From positions 16,872 through 80,871 of the forward strand of contig CAZSYD010000003.1 of assembly GCA_964611355.1 (NCBI GenBank): a DNA stretch of 64,000 nt. Direction: 5' to 3'. This document shows, one piece after another, positions 49,521-59,481 of this stretch. Source of the DNA: an uncultured Ignavibacteriales bacterium (lineage in GTDB: Bacteria > Zixibacteria > MSB-5A5 > GN15 > JAAZOE01). Every line of letters begins with the position of its first letter. Position 1 is the stretch's first letter. The notes under the pieces were generated by a model, which was not told the origin of the DNA, searched no databases, and saw nothing but the letters and a program-made list of their open reading frames with translations. The position numbers were made by a program, and so were the translations under genes.

Positions 49521-50489
49521 ATGAAGTACCTGATTACCGGCGGAGCCGGATTTATCGGAAGCAATATCGCCTTTGAAATCCTCAAACGCGGCGACAAGGT
49601 TCGAATCCTCGATAGTTTCGCCACCGGCCGCAAAGTTAATATCGAACCGATCCTTGATCAGGTGGAACTGATTGACGGTGATATTCGCGACTACTGGACC
49701 GTCGCCGGGGCCGTGGAAGGCGTCGATTATATTCTGCACCAAGCTGCTTTGCCGTCGGTAACCCGTTCCGTTAACAATCCCCTGACTTCCAATGCCGTCA
49801 ATATCGATGGAACGCTCAACCTGCTCGAAGCCGCCCGGCAGGCCGAAGTCAAACGGGTGGTTTATGCCTGCTCTTCATCTGTCTACGGCGAATCGGAGGT
49901 ATTGCCGAAGGTTGAAACGATGAAATCGGAGCCGCTTTCCCCATACGCCGTTACAAAGCTGGCGGCGGAAGAGTATTGCAAGGTTTATTATCGCCTGTAC
50001 GGGCTTGAAACCGTCGCCCTGCGTTATTTCAACATTTTCGGGCCGCGCCAGGATCCCGACAGCCAGTATTCGGCGGTTATTCCGCTTTTTATCAAGGCTG
50101 TTCTGCGAGGCAAACAGCCGGTCATATTCGGCGATGGCGAACAATCACGCGATTTCACTTATATCGGCAACGCCGTATCGGCCAACCTCAAGGCCTGCAC
50201 CGCGCCGAATGCCGCAGGCAGACATTACAACATCGCCTGCGGCCAGAGGTACACTCTCAACCAGACGCTGGAATTTATATGTGAAATAATCGGCAAAGAA
50301 GCCAAAGCCAGGCATGTCAATCCGCGACCGGGCGATATCATGCATTCGCTGGCCGATATCGAGGCAGCCAAAACCGATCTGGGATACACTATTGAATACG
50401 ATTTCAAAACCGGCTTGAAAGAAACGATCAATTGGTTCACGAAGGTCTTCGCCGACAGCACCCCTATCGGCGGGATAAAGCTGAATTGA
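49521..50489 (+). CDS. NAD-dependent nucleotide-sugar epimerase (WbpP/TviC-like SDR)
   Basis: 322 aa with [27 protein letters not shown] and GDGEQSRDFTYIGN. Confidence 0.85.
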   Translation: MKYLITGGAGFIGSNIAFEILKRGDKVRILDSFATGRKVNIEPILDQVELIDGDIRDYWTVAGAVEGVDYILHQAALPSVTRSVNNPLTSNAVNIDGTLNLLEAARQAEVKRVVYACSSSVYGESEVLPKVETMKSEPLSPYAVTKLAAEEYCKVYYRLYGLETVALRYFNIFGPRQDPDSQYSAVIPLFIKAVLRGKQPVIFGDGEQSRDFTYIGNAVSANLKACTAPNAAGRHYNIACGQRYTLNQTLEFICEIIGKEAKARHVNPRPGDIMHSLADIEAAKTDLGYTIEYDFKTGLKETINWFTKVFADSTPIGGIKLN

Positions 50490-50928
50490 GTGCCGCAAAA
50501 GCCATCGTTTTATAAGTTTCAAATTCACTGATAAATTATTCCATCCGCAACCTGCTGCCTGAATCAGCGGGTCACCGGTCATCTTATTATCACGCACGCA
50601 ACGTACCCGTCGCTGCGCCCCTTTTGGGGCTTCACTCCTCGCAATGACACCCTTGGAAGCCGACGTTATTAAAAACTATCTTGTTGGCATAACCTCCGGA
50701 CATCCGCCGCACACGAAATCCACTCTTAATTTGTGAAAAAACCGCATATCATCTTGTTCCTCATGCAATTAGCGGGCAATCGGTTTGTTTTGTCATTTCT
50801 AAATCCACTGCAGCTACGCATGGTCTTGAATTACGCGTAGCGGGATTTGTTGACCCTGCAACAATTGTCCATCGGGTTACACCGCGCCAAAGGCGGCGCA
50901 AAACCCGATCAAACGAGAAATCAGGCAA

Positions 50929-50962
50929 CAAAAAAACCGCCCTTTGACAGGCGGCTTTTTTT
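50929..50962. terminator. putative bidirectional intrinsic terminator (serves rplS on the minus strand)
   Basis: A 5-bp all-GC stem (CCGCC 50937-50941 with GGCGG 50950-50954) is flanked by an A7 run upstream and a T7 run downstream. Confidence 0.6.
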
Positions 50963-50989
50963 GATGCGTCGCACCTAACTGATATAAGA

Positions 50990-51511
50990 TTATTCGGCGG
51001 TATCGGCCGTTTCCGTGTTTTCGGATTTTGCCATCTCTTCCGCTGCCGGTGTTTCTTTAGCCACTGTTGTTTCCTCGGGCCGGGCAGCTTCTTTGGCCTT
51101 TGCGGCTTTCCTGGCCTTTCTTGCTTTTCTTCCTTTGGTCGGCTTTTCGCCGATTGAGCTTTCGGTTTTGTCTGTCAGCTTCTCTTTGATGCGAGCGGAT
51201 TTGCCTTTCAATTGGCGCAGGTAATATAGCTTGGCCCGGCGGACTTTGCCAATCGCCGTCCGCTCGATCTTATCAATGTTGGGTGAATATAGCGAAAAGA
51301 CTCTCTCGACCCCGATACCGGAGGAGATTTTGCGAACGGTAAAGGTTTTGCCCGTGCCGGAACCGCGACGGCTGATGACCGTTCCCTGGAAAATCTGGAT
51401 CCGTTCCTTGTCGCCCTCTTTAATCTTGTAGTGCACCTTGACCGTGTCTCCCGCTCCAAAAGGAACCATCTTTTTTATATACTGGTTCTCAATCTGGGCT
51501 ATTCTTTTCAT
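50990..51511 (-). CDS. rplS: 50S ribosomal protein L19 with long charged C-terminal extension
   Basis: The core is [30 protein letters not shown]...[19 protein letters not shown]. After about residue 113 there is a Lys/Ala/Glu/Thr-rich tail of about 60 aa ([24 protein letters not shown]...). Confidence 0.93.
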   Translation of the reverse strand: MKRIAQIENQYIKKMVPFGAGDTVKVHYKIKEGDKERIQIFQGTVISRRGSGTGKTFTVRKISSGIGVERVFSLYSPNIDKIERTAIGKVRRAKLYYLRQLKGKSARIKEKLTDKTESSIGEKPTKGRKARKARKAAKAKEAARPEETTVAKETPAAEEMAKSENTETADTAE

Positions 51512-51526
51512 GGCTTGTACTCTCTT

Positions 51527-52279
51527 CTATTTTGATTTCTCTATCTTCTCCAAAAACTCAATTTCTTCGTCCGACAACTCAGCCGTCTCCAGGAGCTTCG
51601 GCCGATTCTCAAAAGTCTTTTTCAACGCCGTCAACCGGCGAAACCCGCGTATCTGCTCATGGTTCCCCGAAAGAAGCTCTTCCGGGACTTTCAAACCGCG
51701 AAATTCGGCCGGACGCGTATAAACCGGCGCACCCGGAAGGTGTTCCTCGGTAAACGAATCCTCGACAGCCGATTCAAAGTTGCCCATCACGCCGGGAATA
51801 AGCCGAAGCGTGGCGTCGATCATCACCCACGCCGCCGGCTCGCCGCCGGTCAGGACAAAATCGCCGATCGAAATCTCGTCTATCGGGTACAACTCCAGGA
51901 TTCGCTCGTCGATTCCCTTGTAATGACCGCAGATTATTACCAGTTTATCAAGGAGCGAAAATTTCACGGCCGTTTCCTGATCGAAAACCCTTCCCGACGC
52001 GGCCGTCAGAATAAGGCGCGTTTTCTCGCGATCGAAGCTGTCATAGTCGATTTCCAAGCTGTCAAGCACCGATGCCAGCGGTTCCGGTTTAAAGACCATC
52101 CCGCCGCCGCCGCCGAAAGGGGTGTCATCAACTGTGCGATGCTTATCGGTTGCGAAATCCCGCAGGTTGATTAAATTTATGTCAAAGAGCCTGTTCTCTT
52201 TTCCCCGTCCCAGCACCGAGGATGACAACGGGGGCTCCAGCGCTTCGGGGAAAAGAGTAATAATGTCTATTTTAAGCAT
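51527..52279 (-). CDS. trmD: tRNA (guanine37-N1)-methyltransferase
   Basis: 250 aa with IDIITLFPE, DDTPFGGGGGMV and ICGHYKGIDERI. Confidence 0.95.
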   Translation of the reverse strand: MLKIDIITLFPEALEPPLSSSVLGRGKENRLFDINLINLRDFATDKHRTVDDTPFGGGGGMVFKPEPLASVLDSLEIDYDSFDREKTRLILTAASGRVFDQETAVKFSLLDKLVIICGHYKGIDERILELYPIDEISIGDFVLTGGEPAAWVMIDATLRLIPGVMGNFESAVEDSFTEEHLPGAPVYTRPAEFRGLKVPEELLSGNHEQIRGFRRLTALKKTFENRPKLLETAELSDEEIEFLEKIEKSK

Positions 52280-52285
52280 GACCCG

Positions 52286-52825
52286 CTACGAGGAGTTGTC
52301 CTCATCCGGCTTAAATAGCCCGTTTGGAGGATCGATTGTAATTTCTTTTTTATCAATATCGATCCTGATAATAAAGCGGTCAACAGCCGGGAGAAGAACG
52401 TCGCCGAATCGTTTTGATCTTATCCGGTAAAGATCGCCGGCCGGATAGAACAACACATCCTCAACGATCCCGTAATCGGTTCCATCCGCACCCATAACTT
52501 TGCACCCGATCAGGTCAAACTGGTAATAGCGTCCTTCGCCAAGGGGCCGAGCTTTGCCGCGCGGAATCTCAATCGACAGGTTGGTCAGCCGGGCCGCTTC
52601 TTCGCGGCTTTGGTATCCTTCTATTTTTGCCACCGGTCGGCCGCCAACCAGGGTTACCTTTTCAAGAAGCAGCTTTTTTCGCTCGCTTCCATCAACAACG
52701 AATATTTCATCCAGTTCCAGGAATCGAGCCGGATCATCGGTCGCCGGGGTTATGTATATTTCCCCGAATACATTACGGGGCCGCCCAAAGCAACCCACGA
52801 TAATATATTCCGGATGTTTGGCCAC
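52286..52825 (-). CDS. rimM: 16S rRNA processing protein RimM
   Basis: 179 aa. The N-terminal IIVGCFGRPRNVFGEIYI and PRC-barrel-like C-terminus, plus its position between the KH-protein gene and trmD, support the call. Confidence 0.9.
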   Translation of the reverse strand: MAKHPEYIIVGCFGRPRNVFGEIYITPATDDPARFLELDEIFVVDGSERKKLLLEKVTLVGGRPVAKIEGYQSREEAARLTNLSIEIPRGKARPLGEGRYYQFDLIGCKVMGADGTDYGIVEDVLFYPAGDLYRIRSKRFGDVLLPAVDRFIIRIDIDKKEITIDPPNGLFKPDEDNSS

Positions 52826-53056
52826 TTATTCCAGAATCTCGAGAACGGCTCGTTTACCCTTCTTTGCCGAAATGGCGGCAATCAGTGTACGTATCGATTT
52901 GGCTGTCTGGCCGTGTTTTCCAATAACCTTTCCGAGGTCGCCTTCGCCTACGTGCAGTTCGTAAACCGTGGTACGTTCACCTTGTACTTCGGTCAGGTTA
53001 ACCTGATCGGGGTGATCAACCAGCGCCTTCACGATAGTCTCAATGAATTCCTTCAT
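52826..53056 (-). CDS. KH-domain RNA-binding protein (YlqC/UPF0109-like)
   Basis: 76 aa with [17 protein letters not shown] (GxxG loop). It occupies the conserved position between rpsP and rimM. Confidence 0.85.
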   Translation of the reverse strand: MKEFIETIVKALVDHPDQVNLTEVQGERTTVYELHVGEGDLGKVIGKHGQTAKSIRTLIAAISAKKGKRAVLEILE

Positions 53057-53124
53057 TCGGTACTCCCTTTCAGTAGAACAGATCAGTAATAACTACGCAA
53101 TCGCAGCAACAATTGTTTATACGG

Positions 53125-53472
53125 TTATTCCGCCTTTTTCTCCTTTTTCCTTTTCTTGGGATGTTCGATAATGGTGGTTTTTATCTCCATTTCGGAAACG
53201 TCCTGACCGGCCTTTTTAGCTCTGTATTTCTGTACTAATCCAATCCGGTTGAAAAGGGACGCGACGGTCTCCGAAAGCTGCACGCCCTGGTCAAGCCACT
53301 TGAAGATTTCCTCTTCGTGCGTTACCACCCGGGCCGGTTTCTCGATTGGGTTGTAATAACCCAGGTTTTCAAGGTACGGCCCACCGACCGATTTGCGCGA
53401 ATCAATCACAATGATTCGATAAAATGGGCGCTTTTTCGCTCCCATTCGTTTCAATCTGATTACTGTGGCCAA
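53125..53472 (-). CDS. rpsP: 30S ribosomal protein S16
   Basis: ATVIRLKRMGAKKRPFYRIIVIDSR from a TTG start, with a Lys-rich C-terminal tail. Confidence 0.93.
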   Translation of the reverse strand: MATVIRLKRMGAKKRPFYRIIVIDSRKSVGGPYLENLGYYNPIEKPARVVTHEEEIFKWLDQGVQLSETVASLFNRIGLVQKYRAKKAGQDVSEMEIKTTIIEHPKKRKKEKKAE

Positions 53473-53495
53473 TCTATCCTTCCTCTACTCTAAAT

Positions 53496-54818
53496 CTAAA
53501 AGGGCATCATGCCTTTCGGCAAGCCCCTGAATCCGATCTTGTTTACGTTTTTAAGCATTTTTTTCATCTGGACGAACTGCTTGAGCATCCGGTTGAGGTC
53601 CTGTATCGATGTCCCGGAACCCCGCGAGATACGCTTGCGACGCGAGCCATTAATAATATGCGGATTTTGCCTTTCTTCCGGAGTCATAGACAGAATCATC
53701 GCCTCCACCCGCGGCATTGCTTTGGGATCAATAGTAGCGCCTTTGAGCGCTTTGCCGAGGCCCGGAATCATCTCCAGCAATGATTCCAGCGGCCCCATCT
53801 TCTTGAGTTGCTGCATCTGGACGTAGAAATCCTCGAGAGTGAACTGCTCTTTACGCAGTTTCTTCTCGAGCTTTTCGGCCTCTTTGATATCGACCGTCTC
53901 CTGGGCTTTCTCGACCAGAGTGACAATATCGCCCATACCCAGGATTCGCGAGGCCATCCGGTCGGGGTGAAACTCCTCGATATCCGAAAGTTTTTCGCCG
54001 ATACCGGCCAGCTTGATCGGACAACCGGTAACCGACCTGATCGAGAGGGCCGCACCGCCGCGAGCATCGCCGTCAAGTTTGGAAAGCACGACACCGGTAA
54101 TGTTCAAGCGTTCATTGAATTCCCGGGCGACATTGACCGCATCCTGGCCGGTCATGGCGTCGGCCACCAGGAGTATTTCCTGAGGCTGAGACAACTGCTT
54201 GATCTCGGCCAGTTCGGTCATAAGCTCGTCGTCGATATGGAGCCGCCCGGCGGTATCAAAGATGATCAGATCGACGAATTCGTTTTTAGCCTTATTTATG
54301 GCTTCCCGACAAATATCCTGCGGCCTGACCTGACCCATCTCGAAAACGGCCACGTCAATCTGTTTTCCCAGCGTCTGCAACTGCTTGATGGCGGCCGGGC
54401 GATACGGGTCGGCGGCAACCAACAGGACCCTTTTATTCTTCTTCTTATAATGAAGCCCAAGTTTGGCGGCCAGGGTCGTCTTGCCGGAACCCTGCAGGCC
54501 GACCACCATTATTATCGACGGAGGATGCTCCGAAACATGCACCTCGGCCGTTTTTTCGCCAAGAAGTTTTACCAGCTTGTTGTGGACGATCTTAATTATC
54601 TGCTGACCCGGTTCAACCGAGCGCAAGGTCGTCGCACCGGTCGCTTCCTGCTGGATATCATTAATAAAATCGCGGGTGACTTTGTAGTTGACGTCGGCTT
54701 CCAGAAGGGCGCGGCGGACCTCTTTTAGAGCATCCCGGATGTTGTCTTCGGTGAGCGTTCCCCTTCCGCGCAGCTTTTTGAAGGTAACTTCCAGCTTTTC
54801 GGTCAGGCTGTCAAACAT
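53496..54818 (-). CDS. ffh: signal recognition particle protein Ffh
   Basis: MFDSLTEKLEVTFKKLRG at the N-terminus, GLQGSGKTT, DTAGR, and a Met-rich M domain. The ATG at 54818 is preferred over the listed 54848. Confidence 0.95.
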   Translation of the reverse strand: MFDSLTEKLEVTFKKLRGRGTLTEDNIRDALKEVRRALLEADVNYKVTRDFINDIQQEATGATTLRSVEPGQQIIKIVHNKLVKLLGEKTAEVHVSEHPPSIIMVVGLQGSGKTTLAAKLGLHYKKKNKRVLLVAADPYRPAAIKQLQTLGKQIDVAVFEMGQVRPQDICREAINKAKNEFVDLIIFDTAGRLHIDDELMTELAEIKQLSQPQEILLVADAMTGQDAVNVAREFNERLNITGVVLSKLDGDARGGAALSIRSVTGCPIKLAGIGEKLSDIEEFHPDRMASRILGMGDIVTLVEKAQETVDIKEAEKLEKKLRKEQFTLEDFYVQMQQLKKMGPLESLLEMIPGLGKALKGATIDPKAMPRVEAMILSMTPEERQNPHIINGSRRKRISRGSGTSIQDLNRMLKQFVQMKKMLKNVNKIGFRGLPKGMMPF

Positions 54819-55182
54819 GTCGGTTTCAGTTCCAGTTCCAACGGTCAATCCGTCTCAGTTCATCCGGCCGGGGGAAAGTCCCGGAAACAGGCGAATCATC
54901 TCTTTTACGCATACTACCACTACGGCCTGCCGACCCCGACGGGCCAGAGCGATACAATATAATAGTTATCGGAAAAACCGCAAGATAAATGTAGCGTTAA
55001 TCGGCCGGCAACTATGCGCTGTACGACAATTACTTACGGGTCGGGAGACCTTACCGTATAGCAACCACTTGTGAAGTCGCCCCGGTTTAGTTGACAGGTA
55101 GAAAAGACAGAGATTCATTCTTATTGATATAGTCACGGGCCGCAATCGGCCAGGTCTCGATTATTATTTGCCCGCAATAACC

Positions 55183-55210
55183 AAAAACCCGGCCTTGTGG
55201 CCGGGCTTTT
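55183..55210 (-). terminator. intrinsic terminator downstream of the lipoprotein gene
   Basis: Stem CCCGGCC (55188-55194) pairs with GGCCGGG (55199-55205). A-run and T-run flanks give a T-tract on the minus strand. Confidence 0.7.
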
Positions 55211-55249
55211 GACGATGATTCAGGCTTTCCGAACGGGTTATTTATTATC

Positions 55250-56308
55250 TTATTTTGAAAGCGCCCATGGACTGGTCAAAAAGGCGCTCGGCATATCGTC
55301 ATAAGTGAAGAAAAGCGACTCGTCAAGGTAATCCGCATACGAACTGAGCAGCCCGCTTCCTTGAGTGAAATTCGGGCCGAATACCTGTTGTAGCGACCCA
55401 TCCGCGCGATAATCGGTCGAATCGGCCGGCTTGTACTCGCGGTAGCTTAAAGCAAACTCAACACCCTTGTCTCCGCCGCCGATAATGCAGCCGAGCATGG
55501 TCTCGGTAAGTTCGCCCTGGGGATCGGAATACCAACTCATCCGGTAGGCAAAATCGGATTCGCCGACCGAATGAATATCGTAAACCCAGCGGGCGCTGGT
55601 GGCAGGCGTGGTGCCGTAATCCTTGTAGAATACGCCCTTCATGGCAATAGCGTCATAAACCGGTTCATAATGGAAGTAATAGGCCGATGACGAAGTAATG
55701 GTGCCGCCTTCGGACCGGGAATCGAACACCAAAATTGTCTGCTCTTCATCATTGAGCGTCAAACCGATCTGCAGAACACCGTCCTCTCCCATGTCGGGGA
55801 AATCGATCGTGACCAGCTTGTCGAGCGCAATCTCGGTGCCGAAAGCCGCCTGCATATCGGCCGGGATCGAGGTTGCGTCCGTCAGCTCGGTGACAGTCAC
55901 GTAATCATAGATATTGGCGTCTCCTTCCGAGAGCGAGCTGTCAACGATTATATCGCCGCTATCGTTGGCCAGCAGAAACTCCTCAATCTCGGCGACGATC
56001 ATGTCGAACCATTCAAGATTGGAATAAAGCGACATCGGCTCGCTTTCGCTAAAGACTTTCCCTAAAAGTGGACACTCGCCCGTATTCCACATTGAATCGA
56101 TGATGCCGGGGGCCTGAGAAGGCGTAGTATAGACCGGCGGAGCGATTTCCTCGATCAGGGAGTCATAGTTGGCAAAGTTGACTGACGACCATTCGGAACC
56201 GCCGGAGCCTGAGTTGGTCGATGAATCGTCGTCGCTACAACCGAGAGCGATAAACAGTGATATCGCCAGGGCCGCAAAAAAAAGGGCGTAAATACGTTTG
56301 GTTGGCAT
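55250..56308 (-). CDS. hypothetical lipoprotein
   Basis: 352 aa. The signal peptide ends in the lipobox LFIALGC, followed by an Asp/Ser-rich linker. I recognise no family. Confidence 0.65.
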   Translation of the reverse strand: MPTKRIYALFFAALAISLFIALGCSDDDSSTNSGSGGSEWSSVNFANYDSLIEEIAPPVYTTPSQAPGIIDSMWNTGECPLLGKVFSESEPMSLYSNLEWFDMIVAEIEEFLLANDSGDIIVDSSLSEGDANIYDYVTVTELTDATSIPADMQAAFGTEIALDKLVTIDFPDMGEDGVLQIGLTLNDEEQTILVFDSRSEGGTITSSSAYYFHYEPVYDAIAMKGVFYKDYGTTPATSARWVYDIHSVGESDFAYRMSWYSDPQGELTETMLGCIIGGGDKGVEFALSYREYKPADSTDYRADGSLQQVFGPNFTQGSGLLSSYADYLDESLFFTYDDMPSAFLTSPWALSK

Positions 56309-56586
56309 AATTCCCCCAAAGTAGTAAGAGTTGATTTTTGGCTGTCGATTGACTTATCGGGCAGGTCGGGGAAATCTTTATTGACTGAAACCGTCGCCCC
56401 TGCCTGAAATTAAAAGAATGTTTAAAAGTTGATATATTGTCAGGGGAAGGCAAATCCGGGTGAAAAAGCCTTGCAGAACTTGGAACATAATCCATTATTA
56501 GAAGCTGCCGAGTAAAATCGGCCATGAAAGATTCACAGTATATATGCAGGGATTCCGGCAAAATTTTACTAATAGGGAGTACGTAT

Positions 56587-57363
56587 ATGCTTACAAATCC
56601 GGTAATTGAAGCAATGGTGAATCGTAAATCGATCCGCAAGTACAAAAACCGGGAGCCGTCCGATGAGTTGGTCGAATCGATTATCCGGGCGGGTCAACAG
56701 GCCCCGTTCGCGGCACAATTATATAGTCTGTTGCTCTCGCGTAATAAACGGAATTTACCTTTTGGGGCGCCTTTGTTGTTCACCATTTGCGTTGATCTGC
56801 ACAAGATGGAAGTCATTATGGCCGGAAGAAACTGGAAAATGGTTACCAACGACTTATCGATGCTGCTATTTGGGATTCAAGATGCCTCACTGATGGCGGA
56901 GAATATGGTAATTGCTGGTGAATCTTTTGGTTTGGGCAGTTGCTTTCTGGGGGACGCGCCATACGGGGCGGAAAACATCATTAAGGAATACAAGTTGCCA
57001 AAACGCGTGTTTCCGCTGGTGCAGCTGGCCATGGGGTATCCGGCCGAAGATCCTCCGGCGCGGCCGCGCTATCCGATGAGCTTTTGCCTTTTTGAAGACG
57101 AGTATCCGATATTCGATGAAGAAACGGTTAAAGCAGCGATAGCTGAAATGGATGAAGGGTATCTGGCGCAGGATTATTATCTGAATCTAAAGGCAAAGAT
57201 TCCTATGGAAGGAGATCGCAAGGAAACGTTCACTTACGATAATTACAGTTGGACGGAACATATTTCGCGTAAGTGGGGGCAGTGGCACAAATCATCCAAA
57301 GGTATTCTTGAGCGGTTGGCCAAATGCGGCCTTCGACTTCCGAGTACTGACGGAACGGAATAG
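56587..57363 (+). CDS. nitroreductase family protein
   Basis: VIEAMVNRKSIRKYKNREPSDELVESIIRAGQQAPFA is the typical nitroreductase N-terminus. The ATG at 56587 follows AGGGAG. Confidence 0.8.
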   Translation: MLTNPVIEAMVNRKSIRKYKNREPSDELVESIIRAGQQAPFAAQLYSLLLSRNKRNLPFGAPLLFTICVDLHKMEVIMAGRNWKMVTNDLSMLLFGIQDASLMAENMVIAGESFGLGSCFLGDAPYGAENIIKEYKLPKRVFPLVQLAMGYPAEDPPARPRYPMSFCLFEDEYPIFDEETVKAAIAEMDEGYLAQDYYLNLKAKIPMEGDRKETFTYDNYSWTEHISRKWGQWHKSSKGILERLAKCGLRLPSTDGTE

Positions 57364-57374
57364 ATTATTCCGAG

Positions 57375-57397
57375 TTTACCGGCCGGTAGCCGGTAAA
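57375..57397. terminator. strong hairpin between convergent genes (possible factor-independent terminator lacking a U-tract)
   Basis: A 9-bp stem, TTTACCGGC (57375-57383) with GCCGGTAAA (57389-57397), has a 5-nt loop. It lies between the nitroreductase and GYD-protein stops. Confidence 0.4.
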
Positions 57398-57428
57398 TTG
57401 GCCGGGCCGGCTATGGAGCCTGAGATTT

Positions 57429-57770
57429 TTACTCACCCTTGCCCTTGTCGAGCATGTCGAGTTCCTCGGTCAGTTTTTGAAGCCGATCGGATGGGATGGC
57501 GCACCAGCTTTCGATTTCACGAGCCCCGTAATCGCGGGTTATCATCGATACCTTGGCCACGGCTTCTTCGTCAGGGGCTTCGTAAATATCCATGAAGTCC
57601 CATTGGCCCAGTAAAGCGTAATGCGCCTTAAAGCGTACTTCCGGACATTTCTGCTTGATTTCTTCAAGCCAGGCACGGATGTTTCTGGCCCGATCCCGCA
57701 GCCCGGAACCGACCTCAACCATCCCGGCATCGCGAGACGCGATCTTGGTTACCATCACATAGGTTTTCAC
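57429..57770 (-). CDS. GYD-domain protein
   Basis: The GTG at 57770 is preceded by GGGGAGG plus 6 nt. (V)KTYVMVTKI...HYALLGQWDFMDIYEAPDEEAV fits the GYD family. Confidence 0.8.
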   Translation of the reverse strand: MKTYVMVTKIASRDAGMVEVGSGLRDRARNIRAWLEEIKQKCPEVRFKAHYALLGQWDFMDIYEAPDEEAVAKVSMITRDYGAREIESWCAIPSDRLQKLTEELDMLDKGKGE

Positions 57771-57989
57771 AAGGCACCTCCCCACGTATTTCGGTATCTT
57801 GACAGCACACGTTGTCTGATTTCAGCACATTGGAGATGGCGCGGATGCCAAACATTTCCGTCCAAACGCCAATGCAATTATAATATAGGAAATAACGACC
57901 GGAATAAAACAAGAATTCTGCTACAAGCTGAATCTTATCATATCAACGGTTAGTTCCGCGCCCGGCATAAACCTCCTGGGGCAGGCTTC

Positions 57990-59306
57990 TTATACTCTCA
58001 TCGGCTGGCGCTTGAGATAGGTCAGCGTTCGCCAGAGCCATTCCATCGGCCCGAAACGAAAATACTTCAGCCATATCGGGCTGATAATCAGTTGCAGGAT
58101 CCACATTCCCAGCACAAATCCGAGGAGAGCAAACCGATCCACCTTCCCGAATAATCCCAGGCCGAAACCGAAGAAAATTATCGCCATCACCACCGAGTGC
58201 ATCAGGTAATTGGTTAGAGCCATCCGGCCCACTGCGGCCAGCCTTTCGGTAAGCCGTTTCAGCAGGCCGGCTTTGCAGATTATCATAATCAACCCGACAT
58301 GCCCCAGACCGACAAAGACACTTGAAATGTAATCGTAAATGCCGCCGGCGCGGAAAAAGTAAGCGAAGTCAAAATTGCGCTCAATCTGAAGCGAAGCTCC
58401 GTAGCCGCTGACCGGCATGGCCACGCCGTACCCGATGACCACCAGGATGGCATAGAATTTGAACGACCGTTCGGCTGAGAAAACGCCCAGCTTCATCAAA
58501 CCCATGCCGATAAGCATAAGCCCCAGCGCCCGCCAGAAAACATAGAAGAAAAGCGACTGGGTTTGCATCCCCAGAGCTATCGGCACCATGTATTTGGTCA
58601 TCGCCCAGTATCCGCCCCGGCGGGCGTTTATTTCTTCGGCCAGTTTTTCCGGCGACGGGTTGAATTCGACGCTGATTTCTTCCCAGACTTGAGCGAATCC
58701 CTCCTGCTCTGCCGTCGGCTTTTCGCCCGCCTGCCGAGCGGCTTCTGCCGCCTCGTGCTGGCTGCGGGTATATTCGAAAAAGGCCCCGCTTCCTATTGAT
58801 AAGGCTGCGCCGATTAGAAGCACGACCATACCGAGAGTAATGAGCCATCTGCCGGACAGTTTTCGCAGAGGATAGAGTAACAGCCCGCAGACGGCATATG
58901 CAAAGAGGATATCGCCGAACCAGATGAAATAAGCATGAATCATGCCGAAGACAGCCAGCCAGAAGATGCGGCGATAATATACCAGGCCGAATTTTTTCCC
59001 GGCCGCTTCCGCCCGGCCGCTCATCAGAACCAGTCCGGCCCCGAAAAGCATCGAAAAGATAGCCATCATCTTCTGGAAGAAAACCACATAGCTGAATTGC
59101 CAGGTCAGTTGATTCAGGCCGGTGAAACCACCCGCAATAAGAGGGTTGAACAACGCCATATTCGGCAGGGCATAAGCACCGATGTTAATCATCAGTATTC
59201 CGAACAGAGCAAACCCCCGCAGAACGTCAACGGATGAAATTCTCTCGGCGACATCTACCGGGCCGAATTTATTCGGTGGACCCGTGGCCTGGTTATTTTC
59301 CGGCAT
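57990..59306 (-). CDS. DUF418/YeiB-like membrane protein
   Basis: 438 aa and polytopic. RISSVDVLRGFALFGILMINI is the typical N-terminal motif, and the C-terminus has GPMEWLWR. Confidence 0.8.
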   Translation of the reverse strand: MPENNQATGPPNKFGPVDVAERISSVDVLRGFALFGILMINIGAYALPNMALFNPLIAGGFTGLNQLTWQFSYVVFFQKMMAIFSMLFGAGLVLMSGRAEAAGKKFGLVYYRRIFWLAVFGMIHAYFIWFGDILFAYAVCGLLLYPLRKLSGRWLITLGMVVLLIGAALSIGSGAFFEYTRSQHEAAEAARQAGEKPTAEQEGFAQVWEEISVEFNPSPEKLAEEINARRGGYWAMTKYMVPIALGMQTQSLFFYVFWRALGLMLIGMGLMKLGVFSAERSFKFYAILVVIGYGVAMPVSGYGASLQIERNFDFAYFFRAGGIYDYISSVFVGLGHVGLIMIICKAGLLKRLTERLAAVGRMALTNYLMHSVVMAIIFFGFGLGLFGKVDRFALLGFVLGMWILQLIISPIWLKYFRFGPMEWLWRTLTYLKRQPMRV

Positions 59307-59481
59307 GGTATTATCTCCATGTTTGAGCTTTTTTTATTACCATAATTTATCGAAGCCAATCTGACAGGCTGTTCCGCGCAACGTAATTGCATGGCTACTG
59401 TTACGAATAATATAAAGCGGTTGTTTCCTGCCTTCTGAAATTCTGAAGCGACCTCCGGCGACCCGCGCCGAGATGTTCATT

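Noticed and set aside
53808-54728. A 306-aa + strand ORF.
   Set aside because: It is fully antisense to ffh, whose GTPase and M-domain motifs are unambiguous. The ORF has no recognisable motif and a low-complexity, Leu/Arg/Gly/Asp-rich composition.
54849-55182. Possible RNase P or SRP RNA, prompted by a GGAAAGTCCCGG-like string at about 54872-54883 in a gene-free interval of about 400 bp upstream of ffh.
   Set aside because: The other universally conserved RNase P elements (for example ACAGAACCCGGCTTA-like and GGTAAGGGTGAAAGGGTG-like segments) and the SRP domain IV consensus are absent. The string forms only a short local hairpin. Only an Infernal scan could settle this properly.
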